A DNA stretch of 64,000 bases from Dendrobates tinctorius (Eukaryota): contig NW_027361765.1 in the NCBI RefSeq assembly GCF_039654945.1, positions 14,322,001 to 14,386,000 of the forward strand, read 5' to 3'. Numbering within the stretch: position 1 is the first letter of the stretch; each line of letters starts with the position of its first letter. The position numbers and the translations under genes are program-made. This document shows positions 25,593 through 37,359 of the stretch, one piece after another. The notes beneath the pieces were generated by a model. It was not told where the DNA came from, did not search any database, and was given only the letters and a program-made list of their open reading frames with translations.

Positions 25593-25971
25593 AGGGAATA
25601 TGTCAGCAGGTTTTCACTATGTTATTTGAGGACAGCATGAGGTAGCGTATGAGACACTGATTTCAGTGATGTGTCACTTATTAGGCTGTGTGCTGTTGTT
25701 TCAATACCATGAATGTTTATAACTGCCTGGACTACAGCTCCTGTGAGCCCTGGTCCAACCATGCTTCTTCCTGTGATAAGCAGCTCACTGTCAATATACA
25801 ATGTACATAGAAAACTTTCTGAGCTCTGCTACAATCTACATCTAAAAACTCTGATTGCATCACAACAGCTGCACCCAGTAAACTAAGTGACACATCATTG
25901 GATTCAGGGTCTATTTTCCTACATTATGCTCCTCTCAGATGAGGTAGCAAAAACTTGGGTTACAGATTCCT
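25593..25971. mobile_element. T2-family (Kolobok-type) MITE
   Basis: TTAA-agggaatatgtcagcaggtttt ... aaaacttgggttacagattcct-TTAA. Related starts near 37903 and 60735. Confidence 0.75.
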
Positions 25972-26130
25972 TTAACATTAAACCCAGGGATTGATTGGAT
26001 GCTCTTTCTCACGCTCTCCTTCAAACAGGGTGGTGCTATTATATGGTGAAATAGAAAATGGGACCATCCTTGCCATAGTGTCATGGGAATATAACAAGAA
26101 AAGGCAAAACTGTGACTAACTCAATCTTAC

Positions 26131-26205
26131 CCTTGGACAGATATCTCATTATCTTAAAAGTAACATTTGCTAGATCGGTATCGAAACTGTTGGCGAGAAG
26201 CATCC
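26131..26205 (-). other. Candidate 75-nt phase 1-1 host coding exon (MLLANSFDTDLANVTFKIMRYLSK)
   Basis: Acceptor ttttatttaacctcctgctgctcag, donor AAGG|gtaaga; only one of three frames is open; lies in non-repetitive sequence. Gene not recognised. Confidence 0.4.
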
Positions 26206-27877
26206 CTGAGCAGCAGGAGGTTAAATAAAACTTAAAATAGGCAGCAAATGTGTTTCTCTACAAGGTCATTTACTACAGCAGTGCTCGGCTTACAAAAGAA
26301 CTATGTCAGGAGGAAAAGCCGAGAAAAAGACATAAAGCATTTAGAGTTATTCATAGTAAATAGGTCTCATCCAGTCCTTCAGTTAGACACTGATGCAGGT
26401 TAAGTATGTGATCACTTCAAGCATCGTAGGCAATCCCATTTAAATTTTGCAGTGGGAATATATGAGCTAGCTCCTATGTACTCAATCAAGGAAGTGGTAT
26501 TGAGTTTAACACATCAGAGGAAATCAGCAGATGAGGCATATGAATTCTCCAGTTTCCAGAAGTGCTGCTAAAAATGTCATCATGAAAAAATAGAAGTGGG
26601 CAAAAAATAAAATGAAGTGAAACTGAGAAGAATTGTTCTGCAGCCAGAAGTGCAGACACTCAGCCCATATATTGTGTGTGGAAATAGACTGCTGTCTATA
26701 ATATGAGAAACTGGACTCCTGCCAATTTAAACTGCTTTCTGCGGGCACTGTCCTTAAACTACATCTGGGGAATAATCTGAAATCGTGCACGATATATAGT
26801 TATCTATTTCCTCTTGTTGACATGCAATGAAACATAAGTGCCCTGGGTTCCTTTAAGCAAGCTCAATATGAGATTTCTGCCTTGAAAGTGTTTTGTGTTG
26901 TAAAGTTTCAGTTATCATTGTATAAAGTGGTGGATGTTCACAATATTACAATCCTTTTCTTTTATGGCTAATGTCAAGCAGTAAATACTGTTGTGTGGCT
27001 ATCACAGAAATCAATCAGTTTTATGTGGAGGGTTACTGCCAAGACATTTTACAACTATCACCTCTGTGCTCTAACGACATCCAAGTGCCCATGGACAAGT
27101 AGAAACATCATGATGCCCCTACAGTCCACCTTTAAAGGTAACCTGTAATCCATGTCTGAGCATAAATAGTTTTCAACCTGGATGGTGCCAAGATGCATCA
27201 CGGGCGCTGAGCTCGCAGCAGATCGTTCCCCTGTGGTTCTCAACCTAGACCGTCACATATTGGCACCTTCCAGGTTGAAAACTATTTATCCTCCATGGAT
27301 TACGGCATGGGACAGAACGTTGGAAAGATGAGGAATATTTTATTTTTTTTATTTTTGTTTTACTACAGGAGACGAGGGATTCAGTGGAATTAGGCGTTAG
27401 GTGAGTATAGCTGTGTTTGTTATTAAAAATAAAAAAAGTGTGTTTTGGTTTTATTTCTAATAAAATACTTTTATACTTGATGTGTCTTTATTTACAATAT
27501 ATCTACAGGATTAGCCATGGATAGGTATCTTATAGATGCCTCTCCATTACGAAGCCGTGGGCTTCATGTCACCGGACAATACAAAGGTGACATCAACCCC
27601 ACAGGTATGAACCCCACTTGCCATCACTACAAGTTATTACAAATGAGTGGATAAAGCAAAATTAATATTTTTCCATGAACTTAATGTCACTTATTTCACT
27701 TTGGAGCATAATAAATGTAATATATAAAAAAATAAAGAGAAAATCCTTATAGTCACCTAACTGCTCTTATCACCATTATGGGGCACAAATATCGGAATGG
27801 AAATAAACCCTTTCTTTCCTTGCACATCCAGTTTGGGAGGAGGGTTTGAACATAGGGGGGAGGTATGTGGTGCAGTG

Positions 27878-30751
27878 TCTCAAGATTCTCTCTTATTTGA
27901 CATGTTCTTCCACTGTCTCTTTTATTAGTTGTATCTCCTGATCTTGTTCTCTTTTGGCCAGCACATGTCGCACCACTAATTCTTTAACTATATCGTCAAA
28001 GGGTACCACTGAGTCAGTCCTATCAGTCGAGTGAACCCCCCGGTTACCCTCTGACTGTGTTTCTATTCCCGTTATCCTCTCGATCAGGTTACCACCAGTC
28101 CTGTCACGAGTTTCAGTCAGCACAGCATTAGATTCTGTCCTAGTGGTGGCTACTGGCAATAACACGTCACAGTCACACCACACCATACGGTGAACCCCCA
28201 AGACACTCTCTATCCGTGTGTCAGCTCTGCTCTTTTTGTTTACCACACCATTCTCATTCACACTGTGGAACGCTTCAGGTGACGTCAGGTCAGTAAATTT
28301 GTCTGACGCAATTCTTTCTCCGATCGCCCTTACGTCTGGCCTGTCCACGTTAGGAGGCGTCAGCGTCTCAGTGTCTGCTAGCTCTACAGTAGAAACGTCT
28401 CTATCCTCCTGCCCCACATCTTTAAACATGACAAAGTCCCGGCGCCTCTCAAAGGTATGCACTAAGTTTGGTGGCATGCTACCACCTTGGCACTCCCCCT
28501 TTGTCATCTCAATTAGGACTCTGTCCACCTTATAATTCACGATGACACCGTGGAGGCAGCGAACTCTGACGTTTTTCTCGGTCAGAGCTAAAAGAAGCGG
28601 AGTTCCTGTGAGAGTCACCTGACTCTTTGAGTCCAGCCTACCAGGGACTCCTTCCCGATGCAGCCTCACGGTACACACCTGTGGCCCATTGTCACTATCT
28701 GGAAAGGATATCCCACATTCTGACCAAGTCATACACACACACACTGCGGTACTCCAGACATACCCACTGAGTCATCTAGTGCTGTCATTTCTTCAAACTT
28801 GGCCCTTTTCTTGACCACCACCCCACTTTGGGTTGACGCCCCCTCCCGGGACTCCACCCCTTTTTGGGTTACCGCGCCAATTTGGGACTCCACCCCCTTT
28901 TGTGCTACTACCCCGATTTGGGTCACCGCCCCCTTTTGGGACTCCACCCCCTTTCGGGATCTCCTCATGTCTGTTATACCGGTCTTCTCAGACCACAGTT
29001 CACACCACACAGTTTGTGTCTCTTACGATACCACACAAGTCTTTGTTGGCACCACCACAGCTCCTGCTGTCACCGATCACCGGCAACACCGGCTGCTGTT
29101 CACACACAGCTGCTGGTGTCACTGCAGCTCCTGCTGCGCCATCTTCATGGACCCGCCGATCCACCAGAAGCCGCTTGTCCCCTTCGTAACCCCGCCGGGT
29201 TACCGGAAGCCGCTTGTCACCCTCGAAGATAAAAGAAACCACAAAAGCGCGCCCATAGGGCCTTACCAGTGCAGGTATAATTGGTATAAAGAAATAATAC
29301 AGGGTACTCACCCTTAATAGTTGTGTAAAGCCACAACTACTGTATCCGCTTAGTCACATGCAATAAAGCTGCAGCAGGATGGTGTAGACAGACAGTGTCT
29401 GCTACCAATGCTCAAAGAGGAGATCCCAAAAAGGAAAACACCAGGTCCCTGTGCCGCGAGACCTTCGTGACCCCACTGAGCCACAGCAAGCACCTTCAGG
29501 TTTTTTGCAGAGGAAAAAGAAAAAACACATGCACGAAAAAACTCCAAAAAACGCACGTATCCTGTCTGTGCGCAATTTAGGATGTACCGTCTCCGCCTGA
29601 GACCGTTCAACACACAGGGCACACCGGGTGCTATTCAGGGAGCCGATCCTCCTCCCAGGGTCTCCCAACACACCGGCTTCACCAGGTCCAAGGTCATATC
29701 ACGTGTTCCAGGGATTCGATTCCTCTCCCAGAATCTCCCAACACTGACCCTCGAGGACCTTGCTCACTGATCCAGGTCAGTACAACAACGAACACCTGTT
29801 CGCTACCTGTGTCGGCCACACAGGTCCTCGGGTACCTCTTATCTGCAGGGGCACCCTAGCTATCACCAGTCTCTTTCACTGAGCTGCTGTCAGTATACGG
29901 CTTTCACAACAGTCAGCCCTCCTGGCTCAGCGTTGCCAGCACTGCAACATGTGCTGTTGGAACAGCAGCCCTTAGCAACAAAGTTTTTTTTTTTTGGCAG
30001 TCCTTTTCCGTTGCCCCCCGCAACAAGGCTACTATATTGCCCTTAGCAATTCTCCACCATTTGTGAGGTAAGTAGGGGTTCTCGCTTGCAGCGATCAAAA
30101 AAAACACATCCGGCACAGGATTTTTCAACAAATCATAGTCCATGAGGTTTATTCATCCTTCATAAACCTCCAGCCGTAATATGCAACAGTCTTATAGCAG
30201 ACAGCAGGGTATCTTCACACTGGAGCTCTGCTCCCCTATAGCCCTCCTAGTCACACAGGCTGTGCTTCATCTAGCCAGCAGGCTATACAGTCTCTCAGTA
30301 GCAGTCCCATCTCCGGGTTACCTTGCATGCTGCTTTACACTGCAAACGTTCCTTCCCTCTCCCTGGGAATGGTCAGGCACACATCGCCATTAGTCACAGC
30401 GTCCACACGTGCTGTTAGTGAGGAGATCCTTCTCCACACGGGACCTTCCAAACTGGACCAATCAGGTCCCAGCATTCACCCCCTGTGACCAGACCTCAGG
30501 TACCTTATATGGTCCATAACCACACCCACAGGTGATCACATGGCTATGACCTCACCCAAGGTCCTATTGCACACAACCACACACAGGCTTCCCTGACACA
30601 TTGTAAGAGAACGTACTAGTCAGCAGTACCTCTGCTGATCATTATGATCTTTCAGTATCCTACACCTATCAGGGCAATGGAAATGTTTATACGGCTGTCC
30701 TGGGACACCCACACAGCGCCCCCTAGCGGACACAGCGGTCACTGCACCACA
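27878..30751 (-). mobile_element. Truncated Ty3/Gypsy (Gmr1-like) LTR retrotransposon: 5' LTR, PBS, gag-protease remnant
   Basis: LTR 30062-30751 (TGTGGTG...CTCACA on minus); PBS TGGTGGAGAAT complementary to the tRNA-Ala 3' end (~30049-30059); degenerate protease motif LDSKSQVTL..VRCLHG in ORF 27893-28744. Confidence 0.8.
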
Positions 30752-32005
30752 ATACATACTTCATATATACTACATTCATACAACATACATACATACATAC
30801 ATACATACTACATATACACTACATTCATACAACATACATACATACATAATACATACTACATACATACTACATATATACTACATTCATACAACATACATAC
30901 ATACTACATACGTGCTACATATATACTACATTCATACAACATACATGCATACTACATATTACATAGATACTTCATATATACTACATTCATACAACATACA
31001 TACATACTACATACATACTACATATATACTACATTCATACAACATACATACTACATATTACATAGATACTTCATATATACTACATTCATACAACATACAT
31101 ACTACATACATACTACATTCATACAACATACATACTACATACAGTACATACTTCATATCTACTACAGTCATACAACATACATACATACTACATATACGCT
31201 ACATTCATACAACATACATACATAATACATACTACATTCATACAACATACATACTACATATATACTACATTCATACAACATACATACTTCATACATACTA
31301 CATATATACAACATACATACATACATAGTACATACTACATACATACAACATATATAAAACATGCTACAGACATACTACATACATACTACATACAATACAT
31401 TCATACAATACATACATATAGACATACAGTACATATAACAGAGTACATACTCGCCATCACTTGTCACTTTGATCCCCGAAGCCAGTGTCATCTGTAAAAA
31501 ATATTAAAATAACAAGCAACCAATATACTCCCTGATCCGCAGAAATCCACGAGTGTCCCACGACGATGTCTATATGTATGTCTTGTATGAATGTATTGTA
31601 TGTGGTATGTATGTTGTATGTATGTAGCATGTTGTATATATGTTGTATGTATGTAGTATGTATGTATGTTGTATGAATGTAGTATATATGTAGTGTGTAT
31701 GTAGTATGTATGTATGTTGTATGAATGTAGTATATATGTAGTATGTATGTTGTATGAATGTAGTATATATGTAGTATGTATATATTATGTAGTATGAATG
31801 TAGTATATACTGTATGTAGTATGTATGTAGTATGAATGTAGTATGTATGTATGTTGTATGAATGTAGTATGTATGTATGTATGTTGTATGAATGTAGTAT
31901 ATATGTAGTATATATGAAGTTTGTATGTAGTATGTAGCATGTATGTATGTTGTATGAATGTTGTATATATGTAGTATGTAGTATGTATGTGGTATGTATG
32001 TATGT
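30752..32005. repeat. Inverted pair of compound ATAC/TAC-rich (30752-31440) and GTAT/GTA-rich (31570-32005) simple repeats
   Basis: Direct reading; probably internal to a hAT-type element ending with TIR gtatcggaatgctcaacatta at ~32619. Confidence 0.85.
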
Positions 32006-32139
32006 TTTTTTGCTTTTTTTTACATTCAACACATTAGCCGGATGATGGGACTACTACTGTCCCATCATTGGCTAATGTGTCAATCACTGTCATTGTAGCA
32101 GGCATAGCCCGATGGGACTTGTAGTCCCATCGGAAGATG

Positions 32140-32418
32140 CCTGCACACACACAACCCCCGGCAGGCCCGCACAGACCTCCGGCAGCCCGCACAGACCCCT
32201 GGCAGGCCCGTACAGGCCCGCACAGACCCCCGGCGGCCCGTACAGGCCCCCGGCAGGCCCGTACAGACCCCCGGCAGGCCCGCACAGACCCCCGGCAGGC
32301 CCGCACAGACCCCCGGCAGGCCCGCACAGACCCTCGACAGCCCGCACAGACCCCCGGCAGGCCTGTACAGATCCCCGGCAGGCCCACACAGACCCCCCGG
32401 CAGGCCCGCACAGACCGC
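32140..32418. repeat. GC-rich ~21-bp minisatellite
   Basis: Unit ccccggcaggcccgcacagac repeated ~12 times. Confidence 0.9.
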
Positions 32419-33679
32419 GCATCATGATGACATCATTTCAGCAGCCAATCACATCCATGCCATTAGTTAATATGGCTAATACAACTGGCTCATTGCATTA
32501 TGGGAACTTCTGATTCCGGTATTCGATATTGTAAAAATATCGGAACTCGGTATCGAAACTCCGATACAGCGAATATCGGCCGAAACCCGATATTTGCAGT
32601 ATCGGAATGCTCAACATTATGCAGGACACATCTAGTTGGAAAGTGATCAGAAGTATACAAATATCATGTTTGTGCTGACATGACTGTCCACGCTTACTGT
32701 CAGCAAGGGAGAATCCTAAAAGTGTGCAGTGCATGTGCTGTGAGAATTCAGAAGCCTGCAGTCATGTAGTGTGACTGCAGACTTTCATCTAAAACCTGGA
32801 CAAATTATTTAGTTATAAAATGAAGACCTGCAGGCAATCCAAACAGCGTGTAATATCCTCACTTTCAGGATTCAGCTCTGCTTGCAGGTGCCAACAGTCA
32901 TCACATGGCCACTTCACTCATATGCGATTTTCAGACTTTTTAACCTGTGACAACTAGCTTCTCTTCCTGTTTCTCTCAGTTTTTCACTGAACAGTGAGAG
33001 AATTAGGAAGAGCAGCTCGACGGTATGACTAAGTGTGCAAATCGCATATGTGCCTGGGGGTGGGGGGGAAGCAAACTGAATTCTTGCCCCGAGTGCCAGA
33101 AAATCTAGATGCACCTCAGGCCGAACACATGACGCACATTATGCATAAAAAATTCATAAGTATTGTAATCTCTGCATAACTGTTTCTTTGGTCATTTACT
33201 ATTGGCTCTGTTGGGGGTATTTTCAATGTATCATATTTACAGATATCTCAGTACTTTTATATTCATGGAGGTGTCTTTGAATCAATTAGGATGTATTTGG
33301 CTAGAATGCTTTACTTGATGTGGAATGACTCATATTAAATCACATTTTTCTACATCAAGCTTTGTGCTATGGATTGCCTTGAGCTAGATCTATATATAGA
33401 ATGGATATGATTTCTTGTGGAGATTGGAAGTTAGTACTTATGCCTTATAGTTTTATTATACACATCATTGCTGAATCACGGACTGTAGCTCTTGAGAGAT
33501 GAAGTCTTAGTTTTCTAAATGTGTAAATAAAGGTGATGTATAGAATGTCTGAATGAAGCATCATACTTCATTATTAAAATTATTATTGCCTATTTATGTG
33601 GCTTTTATATTTCATGCTGTAATAATGCTATATGGTGTGAATTCTAACAAAATCAAAACATAAATGAATACATTGTATG

Positions 33680-34400
33680 CGTACATCAAAAGTTTACATA
33701 CCCTGCAGAATTTTTGCTTTCTTGGCCTTTTTTCAAAGAATATGAATAATAACTCCCAAACTTTTTCTCCACTCATGGTTAGTGATTGGGTTAAGCCATT
33801 TATTGTCAAACTACTGTGTTTTCTCTTTTTAAATCATAATGACAACACAAAACATCCAAATGACCCTGATCAAAAGTTCCCATACCCCATTTATTCATAC
33901 CGTGTTGCCCCCTCTAACATCAATGACAGCTTGAAGTCTTTTGTGGTAGTTGTGCATGAGGTTCTTTATTTTCTCAGATGGTAAAGCTACCCACTCTTCT
34001 TGTCAAAAAGCCTTCAGTTCCTGTAATTTCCTGGGCTGTCTAGCATGAACTGCGCTGTTGAGATCTCCCCAACGTGGCTTAATGATATTGAGGTAAGGAG
34101 ACTGAGATGGCAACTCGAGTACCTTTACTTTGTTCTGCTGTAGCCAATGACAGGTCAACATTGCTTTGTGTTTTGGATCATTGCCATGCTGGAACGTCCT
34201 AGTACATCCCATGCGCAGCTTCTGGGCTGATGATTGAAATTTGCCTCCAGTATTTGCTGATAACTTGCTGCATTAATCTTTCCTTCAACTTTGACCAATT
34301 TTCCTCTGCCTTTGTAGCTCACACATCCCCAAAACATCAGTGATTCACCTTCATGCTTCACAGTAGGAATGGTGTTCCTTTCATCGTAGGCCTCATTCTG
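33680..34400 (-). mobile_element. Tc1-like transposon fragment (3' half of transposase)
   Basis: PTVKHEGESLMFWGC..KINAASYQQILEAN; FQHGNDPKH; SQSPYLNII; terminal aaaagtttacataccc motif. Confidence 0.85.
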
Positions 34401-34475
34401 CCGGGGTTTGTTAACTTTTAAGCACAACGGTATACATACTAATATATTATCAATAACGAATAAATGTATACTTAA

Positions 34476-37359
34476 CCCATTTCTGACACATGATGTACTA
34501 TCCCGTCCATGTGCCCTGTGCCTTAATGCCCATGGACGGGATAGTACATCATACCCGATCAACCGCACTCACAGGGGGAGTGTGGCTGATCGCGGTCAGT
34601 TGTCAGCTGATTCTCACAGCTGACACCCGGCACAAAGTGCCAGGAACAGTCACGGACCACTCCCGGCATGTTAACCCCCGGAATACTGTGATCAAACATG
34701 ATTGTAGCATTCCGGGAGCAGTCAGAGGGGCTGTCAGCTGTGACAGACCCTCTGTCTTTGGATCGGAGACCCCGTGGCATGACGTGGGGTCCCGATCACT
34801 GCCATGGAGACCTGATGTCATTATGAAGACATCTGGGTCTTCAGGCCTGAGAGACTTCCTGTCATGCACAGTGCATGTCAGGAAGTCTCACAGGTCAGTG
34901 CAAAGAAGCTGCAGCACTGACAGTTTCTATAGTATGCAGCTCTGCATGCTATAGAAGCGATCAGGCTGCACAAAATAAGTGTCCCATAGTGGGACAAGGT
35001 GTAAAAGTAATAATTAATAAAAAAAAAATTAAATAATTTTAAAAATATTTTAAAAAATAATATAAAATCAATATTTATTCCAGCAATAAATATTTAAATT
35101 AAAAAATCTAGACAACAAAAGTACACATATTTAGTATCGCCATGCCCGACCTATAAAACTGTCCCACTAGTTAACCCTTTTAGTGAACACCATTAAAAAA
35201 AAACAAGGCAAAAAAAATGCTTTATCATCATACCGCAGAACAAAAAGTGGAATACCATGCGATCAAAAAGACAGATATAAATAAATGTGGTGCCACTAAA
35301 AATGTAATCTTGTCCCGCAAAAAACAAGCCACCATATAGCTCCATCACCGGAAAAAGTTATAGCTATTAGAATAAAGGGATGCAAAAATAATTATTTATT
35401 ATATAAAATTATTGTATAAAAGTGCCAAAACATAAAAAATTATATAAATGAGGTATCGCTGTCATCGTACTGACCCGAAGAATAAAAATGCTTTATCATT
35501 TTTAGAACACTTGTGAAAGGTATTAACACCCCCCCAAAAGAAATTCATGAATTGCTGGTTTTTGTTCATTCTGTCTCTCAAAAATCAGAATAAAAAGCGA
35601 TAAAATTTCATGAGCCCGAAAATGGTTAAATAAAAACGTCAACTCATGCTGCAAAAAACAAGACCTCACATAACTCTGTGGGCTAAAATAAGGAAAAATT
35701 ATAGCTCTCAAAATGTGCTGAGGCAAAAACTATTTTTTGCAATAAAAAGTGCCTTTAGTGTGACAGCTGCCAAACATAAAAACCTGCTATAAAAACCCTT
35801 TATAAATAGTAAATCAAATCCCCCTTTATAACCCCTTAGTTAGGGAAAAATAATTAAAAAAAAAAGCATTTATTTCCATTTTCCCTTTAGGATTAGGGCT
35901 AGGGTTAGGATTAGGACTACGGTTAGGGTTGGGGCTATAGTTAGGGTTAGGGTTGGAGCTAAAGTTAGGGTTAGGGTTGGGGCTAAAGTTAGGATTACGG
36001 TTACAGTTGGGATTAGGGTTAGGATTAGGGTTGGGGTGTGTTAGGGTTATGGTTATGGTTCAGCTTAGAGTTAGGGGAGTGTTGGGGTTGGGGCTGGAGT
36101 TAGAATTGGGGGGTTTCCACTGTTTAGGCACATCAGGGGCTCTCCAAACATGACATGGCGCCTGATCTCAATTCCAGCCAATTTTGCATTGAAAAGTCAA
36201 ATGGCGTTCTTTCCCATCTGAGCTCTGCCATGTGTCCAAACAGTGGTTTACACCCACATATAGGGTATCAGCATACTTAGGACAAATTTCACAACAACTT
36301 TTTGGGTCTAATTTTTCCTGTTACACTTGGGAAAGTAAAAAATTGGGAGTGAAAATATCATTTTTGTGAAAAAATATGATTTTTTATTTTTACGACACTA
36401 CATTATAAACTTCTGTGAAGCACTTGGGGGTTCAAAGTGCTCACCACACATTTAGATAAGTTCCTTAGGGGGTCTACTTTCCAAAATGGTGTCACTTGTG
36501 GGGGGTTTCCACTGTTTAGGCACATCAGGTGCTCTCCAGATGCAACATTTGTCATTCGATCTCAATTCCAGCCAATTTTGCATTGAAAAGTCAAATGACG
36601 CTTCTTCCCTTCCGATCTCTGCCATGCGCCCAAACAGTGGTTTACTTGAATATATGGGGTATCAGCATACTCAGAACAAATTGTGCAACATCTTTTGGGG
36701 TCCAATTTCTCCTGTTACCCCTAGTAAAATAAAACAAATTGGATCTTTTTTGTGAAAAAAAGTTAAATGTTCTATTTTTAAAAACATTCCAAAATTTCCT
36801 GCGAAGCACCTGAAGTGTTAATAAACTTCTTGAATGTGGTTTTGAGCACCTTGAGGGGTGCAGTTTTTAGAATGGTATTTTCTATCCTATAGAACCCTCA
36901 AAGTGGCTTCAAATGTGATGTGGTCCCTAAAAAAATGGTTTTGTAAATTTTGTTGTAAAAATGAGAAATCACTGGTCAGCTTTTAACCCTTATAACTTCC
37001 TAGCAAAAAAAATTTGGGTTCCAAAATTGTGCTGATGTAAAGTAGACATGTGGGAAATGTTACTTATTAAGTATTCTGTGTGACATATCTGTGAATTAAG
37101 GGCATGAAAATTCAAATTTGGAAAATTGCCAATTTTCAACATTTTCGCCAAATTTCCATTTTTTTCACAAATAAACGTAAGTCATATCAAAGAAAGTTTA
37201 CCTCTATCATAAAGTATAATATGTCACAAGAAAACAGTGTCATAATCACCAGGATCCATGGAAGCCTTCCTGAGATATTACCTCATAAAAGGACAGTGGT
37301 CAGAATTGTAAAAATTGGCCCGGTCATGAACGTGCAAACCACCCTTGGGGTTAAATGGG
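34476..37359. mobile_element. Non-autonomous piggyBac-type element
   Basis: TTAA-cccattt...aaatggg-TTAA; internal ~390-bp direct duplication (~36110-36490 / 36500-36870); no transposase. Confidence 0.75.
35886..36108 (+). repeat. Degenerate (TTAGGG)n interstitial telomere-like tract
   Basis: ttagggttagggttgg... hexamer variants over ~220 bp. Confidence 0.85.

Noticed and set aside
30644-32513. His/Tyr/Ile/Thr-rich and Pro/Gly-rich ORFs
   Set aside because: Microsatellite and minisatellite translations.
35886-36108. True telomere or chromosome-fusion scar
   Set aside because: Short, degenerate, single orientation, and inside a piggyBac-type element.
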